Positions 1 through 12,924 of a stretch of DNA of 64,000 nucleotides are shown one piece after another. Under the pieces are notes generated by a model, which was not told the DNA's origin, did not search any database, and saw only the letters and a list, made by a program, of their open reading frames with translations. The number at the start of each line of letters is the position of its first letter. Position 1 is the stretch's first letter. The translations under genes were made by a program, and so were the position numbers. Source of the stretch: Octopus bimaculoides (lineage: Eukaryota); assembly GCF_001194135.2 (NCBI RefSeq), contig NC_069008.1:11720221-11784220 (forward strand), in the 5' to 3' direction.

Positions 1-157
1 CCAAGGGGCCTTTTCATTGTGTGTTTTATCTTCTGCCCAGATTTTATTCCAAAATTCTTGCACTTCTTCTTTTGATGGGACAGACTTTATTGTTACTGGT
101 GTTTTCCCTATCTTCCTGTAGAAATTTTTGGGGTTATTTTGGGGTTATTTTTGAACA

Positions 158-158
<1 letters not shown>

Positions 159-211
<53 letters not shown>
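159..211. repeat. (ATT)n microsatellite
   Basis: Pure ATT run directly upstream of the Dong/R4-like LINE relic. Confidence 0.95.
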
Positions 212-212
<1 letters not shown>

Positions 213-213
213 A

Positions 214-1920
214 AATAAAATATAAAAAAGATTTTACCAAGAGAATAGTGATGATAAAAAGCGTGAAAGATTAGTCCCTGATGCTGATGAAAGTCGACTT
301 TTCTGGGGTAAGATATGGAGTAAGCAAGAACAACATAATACTACAGCTGAATGGAGAACAACTCTGGGAATGGTCTGGATTGACTATTGCAAAGCTTATG
401 ATATGATTCCACATTCGTGGATCATCGAGTGCTTAGATTTGTTCAGAATTGCGAGGAATGTAACGTGTTTCCTGAAGGGAAGTATGGTAGAATTGAAAAC
501 TGAACTGACATCTTACGGAAAAAGTATGGGCACCCTGGGTATCAGAAAAGGATTTCCCAGGGTGATAGCCTATCTCCGTGGCTTTTTGTCCTATGCATGA
601 TACCCCTGACCTTGGTACTTAAGAAAATTAACCTGGGGTACCAACTAAAGGAAAATCCCAAACAACCATCCACTTCCTCTTCGTGGATGATTTGAAACTG
701 TATGGCAAAGATGAGACACAAGTGAGTTCCTTGGTGAACACAGTTCGCTGTTTTAGTACTGATATTAGAATGGAATTTAGACTGAAGAAGTGCGGAATAA
801 TCTACCTAAAAAGAGGCAATGTACAGTCCCAAGCAGAGATAGAATTACTGAACAGAGACTTGATTGAACAAATTGAAATGGGAGGATACAAATACCTTAC
901 CTTGGTGTACTAGAGTTCAACGAGATAATGAAAAAGAAAATGAAAGAGCAACTGAGGATGGAATATTTCTGAAGAAAATGGATACCAAGACTAGAAAAAT
1001 GGTGACAGTACACAGAGCCTTCCACCCTGGGAGTGATACCGACAGGCTGTACTTGTCCAGAAAAAAGGGTGGGAGAGGTTTAATCAGTTACCAGGACTGT
1101 ATCAAAGCAGAGGAAAACAGCCTTGGGTGGTATATAAAAAATGCCATGCAGCCATTGTTGAAACATACGAAGGAGGACGGTGTCATCAACACTGAAAATT
1201 ATGTAACTAAAGAAAAATTTAAACAAGAAACGAACAAAAGAAAAAGAAAAAACATGGAAAGAAAAGAAAATGTACGGTCAGTTTGCAAGAGAGGTGAACG
1301 CGAAGACAGATACAGAGGACTGGTGGCTATGAATGAGGAGAAGTGACCTGAAGATAGAGACAGAAGCGCTCATATGCGCAGCTCAGAAACAAGCGTTAAG
1401 GACCAACTATATGAAGTGCAGAATAGAAAACACTACCGATAGTGACAAACGCAGAATGTGTAGTGAGGGGGGTGAAACGGTATGGCACATCGTTAGTGAC
1501 TGCCTGATGAAAGGCACAACGCGAATGCAAAAAACGCCATGAAAATGTGGCAAGAATGATCTAATGGGAGCTCTGTGGAAATAACTGGCTACAAAGAACA
1601 AAGACGTGGTATGAGAAAACTCCAGAAGGATTCACCAAAAACAAGAATTACAAAATCCTGTGATCACCCGACCAGACATCAGAAACCGGACATAGTTGTG
1701 GTGAATAAACAAAGGAAGAAGATGTATGATAATCAACAGTACATGCCCAGGTGACAACAGGATCAATGTGAAAGAAGAAGAAAAAATAAACAACTATGAC
1801 GATTTAAAATGAGAAATACGAAGGTTGTGGTAAATGAAGAGAGTAGACGTGATACTAATAGTAATTTGTGCACTTGGAAGTATCAGCACTCAACAACAAA
1901 CATGGCTGTAAAAGACCTGA
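214..1920 (+). mobile_element. Decayed R4/Dong-type non-LTR retrotransposon (RT plus restriction-like endonuclease), 5'-truncated
   Basis: Frameshifted fragments, in order: PDADESRLFWGKIW; WIDYCKAYDMIPHSWI (RT); DDLKLY (RT catalytic YxDD region, ~683); LYLSRKKGGRGL; ETEALICAAQKQALRTN; CCHC-like RMCSEGGETVWHIVSDC; KPDIVVVNK and VICALGS (RLE domain). Confidence 0.85.
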
Positions 1921-2870
1921 ACTCCTCCTCGTATAAACCTTTCCATAAGCTGAACGAGAAACTCGCATATAAACATAAACAGTCTTGTCACTCTCCTGTA
2001 ATATATCTAAAAACTCGATAGTTAATATCAGTAATAGAGTATCTAACCACTCTTCTTCAGAAATTTTCAAGAAGGCAGGCCACTACTATAACAATAGCCA
2101 ATAGTGGATTTAAAGATAAGTTGATATATAATCCCTCTAATATTAATAAAATAATAATAATAAATCCGGTGGCTTTAAAGATGAATTAATATATAACCCT
2201 TCTAGTATTAATCAGAATAATAGTAATAGACCTAAAAATAGACCAAGGAAAATTATTTGATTCGCCCCTCCCTTTTCCCCTTAATGTAAAAACTAACAAA
2301 AGCAAAAGATTCCTGTCTCTCTTAAACAAACATTTTCCAGAAAATCACAGGTACAGGATAATAGTTAAAAGGTGTTTTATGAAATTATCATATAACTGCT
2401 GCCTCAATATGAAGAGTATCATTACACGAGGTCAACACCAAGAGCCTAAATCTAGTTGTAACTGCTGAGACCCAGAAACCTTTGAATTTGACCAGCGATG
2501 TATCATTAAATCTGTCAGAAGTTACTGCTACGCTAGATGATAAGACAACTGGCAAGAAGAGCTATATCGGACTATGTGAAAGAGAATTTAAGAATTGCTA
2601 TGCTAATCATATAGCTTCCTGCCGACATAAGGACAAAAATGAAGCTACTAAGTTGAGTAGTCACGTATGGAGTTTGAAATCTAATTCAAAACCACATATA
2701 ACAGAGTAGAAAATAATCGAAAAATCTACACCTTATGTTAACGAATAAAAAAAAATATAAGCTATGCTTAGGTGAAGAAGCTCAGATCCTTTTCAGATCT
2801 AAGATCTCTAACTCACTGCTGAATTGTAGATCTGAAATTTTCAGCAGTTGTTAGCATATGCCTCAGTTCC
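1921..2870 (+). mobile_element. Decayed Penelope-like element, 3' part (RT thumb plus GIY-YIG endonuclease)
   Basis: YKPFHKLNEKLAYKHKQSCHSP; RKII*FAPPFPLNVKTN..RFLSLLNKHFPENH; KLSYNCCLNMKSII; SYIGLCEREFKNCYANHIAS..ATKLSSHVWSLK; KSTPY..KLCL. These motifs are typical of PLE C-termini. Confidence 0.85.
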
Positions 2871-3315
2871 AGTTGAAGAATTGGGAAGTTCCTCTTCCAT
2901 CTCATAACTGTACAATAAAGTTTTCAGCCTTGGAATTTATGGTCTAAGGGAGATAAATCTATTCCCCCTTTTGATTTTTTTCTGATTGCCTTACCTTCTT
3001 TTTTTTTTTTTTTAACTTTCCACATTTCTATATACTTCCTTCTCGCCTTTTCTCGTTTCTTCTCTCTTTCAATTTTTAGTTCGTTATGCCACGTGGGCTG
3101 AGCCATATGACAGTGCCGAGATGTCAAACGTATTATAGATTTTTCTACATACTGATTCGTTTACAAACTCGCACAAACAAATGGATTATATTGAATTAAA
3201 TTGTTGTACCCTAGAAGCAACTGAAAATGTAGAGAGAACACAATCTACAGACAAGATGAGTCAAAATTTGAACCATGTATGCACAACCTTACACTTAATT
3301 TAAGGGCTTTTAACG

Positions 3316-3620
3316 CGAAACCAGCAGCAATGCATTTTATGTGGAACCAGCACTAGTGCTTTTAATGTGACACCAGACCCAGTGCATTTTATGTGGCACC
3401 AGCATTGGTTCTTTTAATGTAGTACCAGCACTAGTGCTTTTTCATGTGGCACCAGCACCAGTGGTTATTATGTAGTACCAGCACTAGTGCTTTTTATGTG
3501 GCATCATCACTAGCGGTTTTTATGTGACACCATCACCAGACGGGTCTTCTTGAGTTCAGCAACGCACCACATATCTCTGTCCTTTGCCATCTCCTTTTTA
3601 AGGCTTGAGATTGGCCTTCA
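3316..3620 (-). repeat. RTE-related repeat with internal ~25-bp tandem array
   Basis: About 8 degenerate units of TTTTATGTGGCACCAGCACTAGTGC, the same internal motif seen in the RTE-derived repeats elsewhere in the window. Confidence 0.55.
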
Positions 3621-4425
3621 ATGCTTCGTCTCGTGTCTTCCTGTGTAAATAATTAAATAGACCAACTTGGTCACTTGCTGGGAAACATGCTTCTTACCAC
3701 ACACACACAAACACACACACATAAGATATAAGTAATGGTCATTACATATTTTTCTTTGTTGTAGTAAATTTGACTTACAGCTGTTTCCTGTAGTCATTGT
3801 AGGTTCATTGTTGATAGGTTTATTCAGTCGGTTGAGAAACGTTGAACGACCTAGAAAATCAATGCTATTTTCGTCAGTGTCATTTCTGGTTATAACAAAA
3901 CAGAACACTGAAGGAAAGGTACAGGTATGGGGAGGGGAGCGATGAGGGGCAATAAGAAATAGACGAGTGAAGGAGAGATACAGAGAAAGATGAAGAGAAG
4001 TGATGAGTTGGAAAAGGACTAAAGGGAAGAGAAGGGAAAAAAGGAAGAGGGGAAGGAATAGAAAGAATAGAGGAGGGGAGGTATTCGATAGAGAAAGGTA
4101 CAGAGAATGGCTCGAAACTAAAGAAAGGACAGTCATAAAAACATTAGTGTTTGTAATTTGGTCATTACACACGAAAACATTTGCGTTGTTTTCAGGTCAA
4201 ATGCTATCCGGATATTTGTTGAAATTTGATACAGGCCACTTACTTTCATAGTCAACTTGAATGTTTAATATTTAGTGTTTTGTGCTGTCCTGCATAGTGA
4301 GAAAATGAATGAAAAATCAGCAGTAACTATATTATGACGGGAATGTTGAGAAAGCTTTGCTGAACTTGGACATTAAATAGAGACAGAGGTTAAGTTAAAT
4401 CGAATTAGGCCGAGGTAAAGATCAT

Positions 4426-4572
4426 GGACCACACACCCTTTGGGATTTTTTTTTTTTACAGGAACACACTATGAATTTTGAAATGCAGGTTTTTTGCAGA
4501 TACAGAATCTCTGCCCTTGATATAGTGTGTTTTTGTAAAAAAAAATTTAAAAACCCAAAGGAGATGCAGTCC
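4426..4572. repeat. Small imperfect palindrome / MITE-like
   Basis: CTTTTGGGATTTTTTTTTTTACAGGAACACACTAT is an imperfect inverse of ATAGTGTGTTTTTGTAAAAAAAAATTTAAAAACCCAAAG. Confidence 0.5.
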
Positions 4573-4934
4573 TTGCTCTTTACCTCCGCCTCAAATTGAG
4601 TTATTTAAAAAACAAACAGAATTGAAGGCAAAATAAAATTTAGAATTAAATTAAATCAAAAGAATTTTATTTTAATATCATATTTGTAGAAAATTTTATT
4701 CAAAAATATTTATTTTTCTGGAAGTTATGAGAATAGGGCACATATGTGTACTTATGGACAGGTAAATCTGGTTGGTCACAATAGGCTTCTGCACAGGCTG
4801 CGTATACTTACCTCCCCTTCTTTTTATGATTATTCATGCAACAAGTAAACCATTATACTTAAATTATATATGGAAGTAATCGGTTGGCAGTTGGTGGCCT
4901 ATTTAAGACTCCATTGATACACTGCATATAGTCA

Positions 4935-5160
4935 CAAAAGACATTAATACATTCAAAGTGACAAAGAAACGAGACAGGTCGTCGTTGGATGTGCTAGAAA
5001 CAACAGCCAAAATCGCCCTTAAATCATACGCAAAACATTGCTTTTTGTTTGCGCATAATCTGAATATGAATTCTCGTGTGCAAACATTTTCAGAAAATTC
5101 CACAAAATTTTTTTAAAAAGTTATGAGGGGTTATATGGGGTGCTTAAACCACAATTTCGC
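4935..5160. repeat. Dispersed repeat family (other copies at ~42495-42745 and ~56790-56900)
   Basis: Shared core GAGTGACAAAGAAAC...GCTA(G/A)AAACAACAGCCAAA...CCTT(A/T)AATCA in three places. Likely a non-autonomous DNA element; family not assigned. Confidence 0.6.
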
Positions 5161-6029
5161 TCTCACATGTATGAATGCATTTACACGTAGTTAAGTGACT
5201 TCTGTCCGAGATTCCAATTTTACTCAGGTGGAACGCGATGGCCATTTGATGATTAAAAATCATATTATACTTATGTAACTAAATATTATTCGGAATTGTA
5301 TTTAAAAGAATTGTTAAAATATTTTGAGTATTGTGGAAGTATAGGCATTTTTTGGCATATAATGTTTTACAACAAAATCTTATATGGATCACCAAGGGCT
5401 ATGTGGACCCTGGTTGAGAAGCAACATACATAAAGAAAAGTTGTAAAATCGGAGGATCGGGTCCTCCCTGAAAAGAAGTTGACGTCAAATCCAGACACTC
5501 CTTTGCTTGAAAATATGTCAGCAACAAGTGTTGTTTCTCAAAACCGGATTTATTCACCATGTTTCTAATTGAAGAGATAACCTTCGGTAAACATCTGACG
5601 TCTTGTTTCTGACTCCACCCCTATTTCCTAAACCGTACTATTTCTTGATGAATAACAGAGGTACTGTCCTGTGGCACCTCTTCCATGCCTACACACCAGA
5701 ACTAACGGCCACACCCTAGTGACATTCATAGTGAAACCTAAACATTTCTTACTGTCCATTTTTTTTTTCATCGATAGATGTTTACTAAAGCAGTGTTTAC
5801 AAAAGGATCGACAACTTCGTAACCCTTCTTATAACTTATAAACACACACATAAAGTGTTAGTTCGATAGTAAATTGTTTAGAACTAAATTTAAAACGTTT
5901 CAACTTACTCCAGTTTTGTTTTGTTCGTAATCCAGCACTTAGTAATTCGGTAACGGTGTGAAATACAACTCCACTCCTCTCGCATTGTAAATATGTTTTT
6001 CTTACATACACATGCACGCGCGCGCACGC

Positions 6030-6071
<42 letters not shown>

Positions 6072-6084
6072 GCGTATAGTAGTC

Positions 6085-6235
6085 GCAGGCATGGCTGTGT
6101 AGTAGGAAGCTTGCTTCTTAATCAGGTAGTTCCGATTTAAGCTCCACTGCGTGGTATCTTAAGCAAGTGTCTCGGACAGACCAAAGCCTTGTGAGAGGAT
6201 TTGTTACATAGAAACCGAAAGAAGCCCACCGTGTA
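6085..6235 (+). mobile_element. tRNA-derived SINE family B, partial
   Basis: GCAGGCATGGCTGTGTAGTAGGAAGCTTGCTT..GCAAGTGTCT..AAAGCCTTGTGAG matches the family B head. Confidence 0.7.
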
Positions 6236-6248
6236 TATAAATAAATAA

Positions 6249-6280
<32 letters not shown>

Positions 6281-6295
6281 TCTTCCTTCCAGTTT

Positions 6296-6530
6296 CTAAA
6301 CGCTTTGCAACGTTTGCTTTTGAAAGTAGTGGTTTTCTGATTGCAGCCCTCCCGTGAAATCCGGCTTTGTGCAGCGCCTGGCGAAGAGTTTTTGTGGAAA
6401 CTGGGTTCTCGACGTGGTCCTTAAGCTCTGCAGTAATTTTGGGAGCGGTACTTTTGAGATACTTTCAAACAATTCGCGTAAGAGTCCGACGATCCCTATC
6501 TGAAAGTTTGGGCTTTCTTCTGGAGTTTTG
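6296..6530 (-). mobile_element. Tc1-family transposase fragment (HTH region), cut by an assembly gap
   Basis: The minus strand reads RRKPKLSDRDRRTLTRIV*KYLKSTAPKITAELKDHVENPVSTKTLRQALHKAGFHGRAAIRKPLLSKANVAKRLE. Confidence 0.85.
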
Positions 6531-7849
6531 NNNNNNNNNNNNNNNNNNNNNNNNNNNNNNNNNNNNNNNNNNNNNNNNNNNNNNNNNNNNNNNNNNNNNN
6601 NNNNNNNNNNNNNNNNNNNNNNNNNNNNNNNNNNNNNNNNNNNNNNNNNNNNNNNNNNNNNNNNNNNNNNNNNNNNNNNNNNNNNNNNNNNNNNNNNNNN
6701 NACATTAATGATAAATCAAAAAACAAAAATAAACAAACTTTTGGCGGTTTTATAGATATTTCAAAATTATGATGCTAGGTGTTTCCATTATTTTGTCCAA
6801 CACCTGTATATACATTATAGTATTTATTTATTTATTTAATTGAATGCGACGCATCCATTCCAAAGTAAATTTTTTATGCGATTCTCTACTCGTTTTCTTC
6901 TTCTCGTCTTTGCTTCCCTCTTCCTCCATCCTTCGCTAATCCCCTTTTTTCTCCCCCCCCCCTTCTTTCACCGTTTTCTATCTCTATCTCTCTCTTTCAC
7001 TCTCTCTCCCTCTTTCTCTCGCTCTCCCGTTGCTCACACATGATCATCATCCATCCTTTTCCTCACGTGACCATCTTTCTTTTCCTGCTCGGATGTCTCT
7101 CTCTCTCTTCTATCTTTTCTCTTTTCAAAAAATGTCTCTCCCAGCGTTCACTATTCACCTTTCATTCCGGTCTAGTGACCCTCAATGTCTGTTTTTGTTC
7201 GATTTCTTTGTATGCCCCACTTTTGTTCCTAACTTTGACCCTCCATAAATCCTAAATTTCATTTTAGAATTTATGGGAGCTACTGTCTTTGAAGACTCAT
7301 ATTGTCGTTTGAATTCTCGAAATGTGGAGCAGATAGACAGCCGACAACTGATGAAGTGTCCTTTTTCAGTGTTAACTTGTCCTGTTTTCCATTTTTTCTC
7401 GTTGTTTACGTACCTCATTCGTTTTTTTCTGTAATTGCTGTCCGCGTCTTGTACCTATCTCTCGTGTGAATGTTATTTGCATCGTTGATGACGTCCTGTA
7501 CCCATATATGTATGCGTATATATATATATATATATATATGAAAGACAGGTTCTGTGCGTTTGTCTGTTTGTCCCACAAAGTGAAACTAAAACCAAACACT
7601 ATTTCTCTCTGATTTTCTTTCTGTCTTCTCTATTCTCTTTCCCTTCTATAATCTCTGTCTGTCTGTCTCTCTGCCATACGACTTCAAAGAGATTCTGTCT
7701 CTTTGTTTGTCTCGCAAAGTGAAATGAAAACCAGACATCAATCATCTCTCTATGATTTTCTTTCTTCTCAATGTCTATTTTCGCTCTTTCCTTCTGTCCT
7801 CCTTCTCTCTCTCTCTCTTTCCCTCAATAAAAGAACACACGCATACATC

Positions 7850-8090
7850 AAACTATCAAGAAGCGTGTTTCAAGTTAGGTTTGCATGCAAATGATCAGCA
7901 ATGGGAAGCTACATTAGAAGCTTCGACATCAAACACACCTAAGACTTTAAGATGTCTTTTGCTATTATTCTGAAAAATTGTGAAGTAAGTAATCTTGTTC
8001 AACTGTGAAATATGTTCAGAAATGATCTTACTGAAGATTTCAAGCACCAACTCCAGTTCAATAACCGCATGAATATAACGCAGGACGAAC
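7850..8090 (+). mobile_element. Helitron Rep/helicase internal fragment
   Basis: YQEACFKLGLHANDQQWEATLE..STSNTPKTLRCL / FAIILKNCEVSNLVQL*NMFRNDLTEDFKHQ resembles the Helitron motif TYREAC..LGLL.DD..W...L.EA.....LR.LF.IIL..C.P..LW......L.ED. Confidence 0.75.
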
Positions 8091-8309
8091 CTAAAGCATC
8101 AGTGATGAGGCGGGGCTCGTGGGGTCCGAGCATACCCCGCCTCCCCACTCCATTCTGCATTGTTATCTTGTATATGTTATCATTCGAACTATTCATATTT
8201 ATGTAAAAATTTTTATTTCATATTTTTGTTAACTCATACGTGAAATCTGACCCCATATCAGATTGTACTGTTCTCTCTTTGTTGTCCCCTTGTGGGAAAT
8301 AAAAAAATT

Positions 8310-8500
8310 TGCGAAATGCTTAACGGTATTTCGTCTGTCTTTACGTTCTCAGTTCAAATTCTACCGAGGTCGACTTTGCCGTTCATCCTTTCGGGGTCGA
8401 TAAATTACGTACCAGTTGCGCACTGGCTCGATCTAATCGACTGGCCCCCTCCCCAAAGATTTCGGGTCTTGTGTAGAAAAGAGTATATGGAGAAATAATC
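8310..8500 (+). mobile_element. SINE family A, 5'-truncated
   Basis: GCGAAATGCTTAACGGTATTTCG..GTCGACTTTGCC..CATCCTTTCGGGGTCGATAAATTACGTACCAG. The central block resembles the conserved Deu/Nin-type SINE domain. Confidence 0.75.
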
Positions 8501-9908
8501 CTTTGTTATTTTTTTTAAGCCTCAGAAAGAACTTCTTTTGCCGTTACTTTTTCATATAAATTCTCACAACTCAAGTTCCAACGCATCTAAAATTTTATCA
8601 AAGCTAGTCTCAAAACTTTGTGTGAAGTAATATTTGTGAGCATTTATGCTAACTTTCAGATCTCACTGTACACAGCGCAAATTGTTTTCATCATACTACA
8701 GTGAAAAAGTTTCATCTAACACAGATAAAATGTGAAACTATAAATTTGAATGAAACTGCAATAATGGCTACATATAAGCTTACTAAAGACCTAGTGGTGA
8801 TAGGGCGGGGGGAAACTCTGACAATTTTCATAGATACTTTTAACTAAAACGACATTAAAATGATAACTTACATTAGTCAATACTACATTCCTGGTCAATA
8901 CGTACAGGTGAAATCTTTAGATATGCACACTATTCCAGGTGAGATGGCAGCAGCCCTCACTAACGCCTTAGTCTCAACAGATGTTTAAGAAATACATTTC
9001 TGATATAAAGATCGACAGCTCTTTGTCAGCAAAATTATTCCGGAAATGGAGAGGGACAATACCAATGCAGTAGATATTAAATTAGAAATATAAAACCTCA
9101 TTTCACATGGAGAAGTTGAAAAGTCTGCGATTTTTTTCTAACTTGATTTGCTGAGAAAACTTGATAAGAATAATGAAAGCATTAAAAAAAGTGAAGAAAT
9201 ATCTTTTTTAATGAAAATGTCTCTCATTCATCCCAGTTTGAACTTCCTTGGTTCCAGAAGCATCTCTAAAAATTATATTAGACGCACACGCATGCACAAA
9301 TACATATATACATACGTATGACCTCTGAGAATCAACTGTACATGACATACAATCAAATGGAGACTAGAGAAATCTACGCTATATATATATATATCAAAGA
9401 GATGCAAGTTATGTGTAGCTGAATGATCTCACATTCTTTTTAGATCTAAGAATTCCACCACACTATTTAATTCCAGATCCGCAAAGTTTAGCAAATGCAG
9501 GAGTATAGAGAGAGAAATGTCTTTTGTCGAACTGGAGGACACCACCCTCTCTGGATTGAGTAGCAAACAAACTTCGGCTGCCTTTTCATTATATTATTCT
9601 ACACCAGGTAAATTAATTATTTCTGCTCACAAAGGGGATAAAGGTCTTGGTTTTATTCTTTTATTTTCTTATTATTCCATGTTTTGCATCAACATTCTTC
9701 GCGTTTAACTTCTCGTTTTGTTGTTATTTTTTTCCTCTCATTAACCAGCGTTCTGATTTTCAAATAGGTCTAACGGTATGCTGTGAACTTGAAAAAATTG
9801 CTTGACACGTTATAAAAATATGACATGGACAAATTATTGTATCTCTACTGTATGAAATTATTAGTAGCTGTTTTTTAAATTTTGTACGTGTTACACACAC
9901 ACACACAC

Positions 9909-9911
<3 letters not shown>

Positions 9912-9975
<64 letters not shown>

Positions 9976-9985
9976 GTGTGTGTGT
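9912..9985. repeat. (TA)n microsatellite
   Basis: Long TA run flanked by CA/TG repeats. Confidence 0.95.
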
Positions 9986-10407
9986 ATACACATATAACTT
10001 ACATGGGGTTATTGTTATACCCTATTATTCAGGAGTTATTTCAAACTTAATCGGTGATTAAAAACATAACCAGCTTTAACGCGTCATACTGATAAGATGT
10101 AAATCAATAGAAGTTATATAAATATAGATGTGGAATGAAGCTGGAAGAATTGCTGTCTAACTCAATCATTTCTAGAAACACCACAATGCATTGATTCATT
10201 GTTTATATCTGAAAACGGTGAGTTGACAAGTATTTACTTTTACGGCTGTAATATTGACTGTAAACAGTCGAATTATGTAGAAAATTCGAGGTTACAATAA
10301 CTATACAGAAATAATAACACATAGAAGCATAGAAAAAAATTAATATCTTCGTCCTGATATTCAGGAGCAGAGTTTCTCAACCATGTTTTATTTATGAACC
10401 CCGTTGA

Positions 10408-10712
10408 TTACTATTTTATTCTGGTAGACCGCCCCCCATAGCCATTCTGTGTTTAAAAACTTGTTATATAGAAACTTCTTTCAAAATTCCTATTTTGTTT
10501 TTCACACATTAACATGTGAAAGTTGAATTATGTTAAATATTAGAGAGAAAAAAAAACCTAACCGTTTCTTGCAATGCATCTAAAGCTAAACTTTTTCAGG
10601 GTCCCTTAAAATACTATTGTGGATTCCCAATTTACTATTTTGCTATATAGACCCCAAAAGTCTTATGTGGCTCCTTGGAGGACTTATGGACCCCGGATGA
10701 GAATCACCGATC
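10408..10712. mobile_element. hAT/Charlie-like MITE (related copy at 50563-50853; end fragment at ~5380-5420)
   Basis: Termini CAGAGTTTCTCAACC...GGATGAGAATCACCG. The internal sequence aligns with 50563-50853 (GATTACTATTTTATTCTGGTAGACC..AAAAACCTA..CATCTAAAGC). Confidence 0.7.
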
Positions 10713-10835
10713 TAGAGGATAATACTTCCCAACTGAAATGTTGATTTGATGATTTTGAAAACTTACGTATGACATAAAGTGAATTACAGATTACACTTTC
10801 ATATTACAAGTCAGACGTTGATATTACTCTAGTTC

Positions 10836-11310
10836 AAGGCGGTGAGCTCGCAGAATCGTTAGCACGCCCGGAAAAATGCTAAGCGGTATTTCGTCTGCTT
10901 TTACGTTCTGAATTCAAATTCCGCCGAGGTCGACTTTGCCTTTCGAGGTCGATTACCAGTTATGCACTGGGGTTTATGAAATCGAACGCGCAGTCGCGCG
11001 TCCGCGCTGCTTTAGTAGTACCCCTTGTGCCTACAGTAGAGAGGATATTATTCCCGTACCTAAGGCGGCGAGTTGGCAGAATCGTTTACACGCCGGGCGA
11101 AGTGCTTAGCGACATTTCGTCTGTCTTTACGTTTTGAGTTCAAATTCCGCCGAAGCTGACTTTGCCTTTCATTCTTTTGGAGTCGATGAAATAAGTACCA
11201 GTTACGCACTGGGGCCGATGAAGTAAGTACCAGTTACGAACTTGGGTCAATGAAATCGACTAGCCCTCTCCCCTAAAGTTGCAGGCCTTGTTCCTAGAGT
11301 AAAAAGCGTA
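10836..11310 (+). mobile_element. Two tandem SINE family A copies (10836-11030, 11062-11310)
   Basis: Both start AAGGCGG(T/C)GAG(C/T)T(C/G)GCAGAATCGTT and contain GTTCAAATTCCGCCGA. The second has an internal duplication of TAAGTACCAGTTACG. Confidence 0.85.
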
Positions 11311-11595
11311 TTAACCCAGTTCTTTCTCACATTGACTACAATCAGTGATTGAATAGATTTAAACAGTAAAAAGGCAAATTAACACGCTGATTCTAACGAT
11401 ATTCTTTTTATTCTTTTATTTGTTGTAGAAATTTGACTGCGGCCATGCTGGAGCACCGCCTTTAGTCGAACAAATCAACCCCAGGACTTATTCTTTGTAA
11501 GCGTAGTACTTATTCTATCGGTCTCTTTTGGTGGAGTACAAACACGCACACACACACAGATTAGATACACACAGATACACACACACACACATGTA

Positions 11596-11945
11596 GAAGC
11601 GCAATGGCCCAGTGGTTAAGGATTGCGGTTTCGTTGTGAGTGTATATTGAGCGAAAACACCTAAATCTCCACGAGGCTCTGGCAGGGATGGTTACGAACC
11701 CTGCTGTATTTTTTCACAACTTTTTCTCACTCTTTCTTCCTGTTTCTGTTGTACCTGTATTTCAAAGGGCCAGCCTTGTCACACTGTGTCACGCTGATTA
11801 TCCCCGAGAACTACGTTCAGGGTACACGTGTCTGTGGAGTGCTCAGCCACTTGCACGTTAATTTCACGAGCAGGCTGTTCCGTTGATAGGATCGACTGGA
11901 ACCCTCGACGTCGTAAGCGACGGAGTGCCAACAGCATAACTGTGT
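11596..11945 (+). mobile_element. tRNA-derived SINE family C (other copies at 16058-16365 +, 16577-16910 +, 36462-36795 -, 52648-52978 -, 53238-53490 -, 60455-60700 +)
   Basis: A-box-like GGCCCAGTGGTTAAG head. Body motifs GTGTCTGTGGAG(T/C)GCTCAGCCACTTGCACGTTAATTTCA and GCAAGACACTTTATTTCACATTGCTCCAG recur among the copies. Confidence 0.8.
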
Positions 11946-12924
11946 GTGCAACAGTTGTGAAAGATAATCCAAAGTATACTATAACTGTTTGCGGTAGCGG
12001 AGAAAGGTTTTACAAAGAATATTGTTATAAAAGTGTGCGGTAAATTCAGTGGCATGGTGGTAGTTGTATTTTGTGTGCAGCCACACCCAGTGCCACCAAA
12101 TTTCTATCTGAGGTACAACAAAAGTTATCCTTTAAGATTTGTGATTAAAGTAATGATCAAGGGTAATATTTATAATAAATTTGCCATTTTCGGAATATAC
12201 ACCCCTGGTAGATACAACACAGGAGCCATAACGTGCTAAGATCAAGACATTTATAAAAAAATACACTGATTATGTTATTATAGGAGGGAAGACAACTCTC
12301 ACTTAAACCTTTATTGTTTTCAATACTGTCTATAATTGAAGTTTGCATTATTACAAAGTCAGTCTTGGTAGCAGACATAACGTAATATAAACAATTCAGT
12401 AATATCGTCGTAAGAGCTATAAAATATCTGACAGCGATATTTCGGTGGAATTCCAGTTTAAGCACCCCATCTGACGCTTTATAATTTTTATCATTTCTAG
12501 GAATATTCAAAAAAAATTTTTTTGCGTGAGAATTCATACGATTATGAAAAAAATAATTTGTTGGTTAATTATTACAACTTGACCCGGGAACGAAAATCAG
12601 AAGAAAAAAAAAGTGCAATGGGTGTAAAGAAAAATGTGTAGGAAACGAATATGAAATGAATATGAAGTGAAAAAAAAAAAATGCGCGCAAAGCAACGGGA
12701 GGTTGAGGAAAGAACCTCGGAAAATTCACAAGATCCGAGTTTTTCCCTCATAACTGTTAGGAAAATGGGCTTTTTTTTCAATGAAATTTTATATAAATAC
12801 CTTTCAAACGGCGTACATTTTGATTATAAAGAAATTTGTGGGTAAAAGTTTTTCCAAGGGGTGGTGAGAAGACTTCGGAAAATTCACAAGATCCGAGTTT
12901 TTCCCTCATAATTTTTATATACTC

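Noticed and set aside
3316-3540. Regular ~25-bp repeats superficially like a CRISPR array (also 19647-19880 and 23540-23700)
   Set aside because: There are no unique spacers and no cas genes, the context is eukaryotic, and two of the three arrays lie inside recognisable transposons.
3618-4172. 184-aa hydrophobic, membrane-protein-like ORF
   Set aside because: It is the antisense reading of a GA-rich low-complexity tract.
8107-8143. GC-rich hairpin GAGGCGGGG...CCCCGCCTC after the Helitron fragment
   Set aside because: There is no downstream CTRR to make it a Helitron terminus, and it is not interpretable as an intrinsic terminator in a eukaryote.
9517-10220. Donor-like sites (CCAG|GTAAAT ~9608, AACG|GTGAGT ~10217) suggesting exons
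   Set aside because: There is no consistent acceptor or ORF chain, and such motifs are expected by chance in AT-rich DNA.
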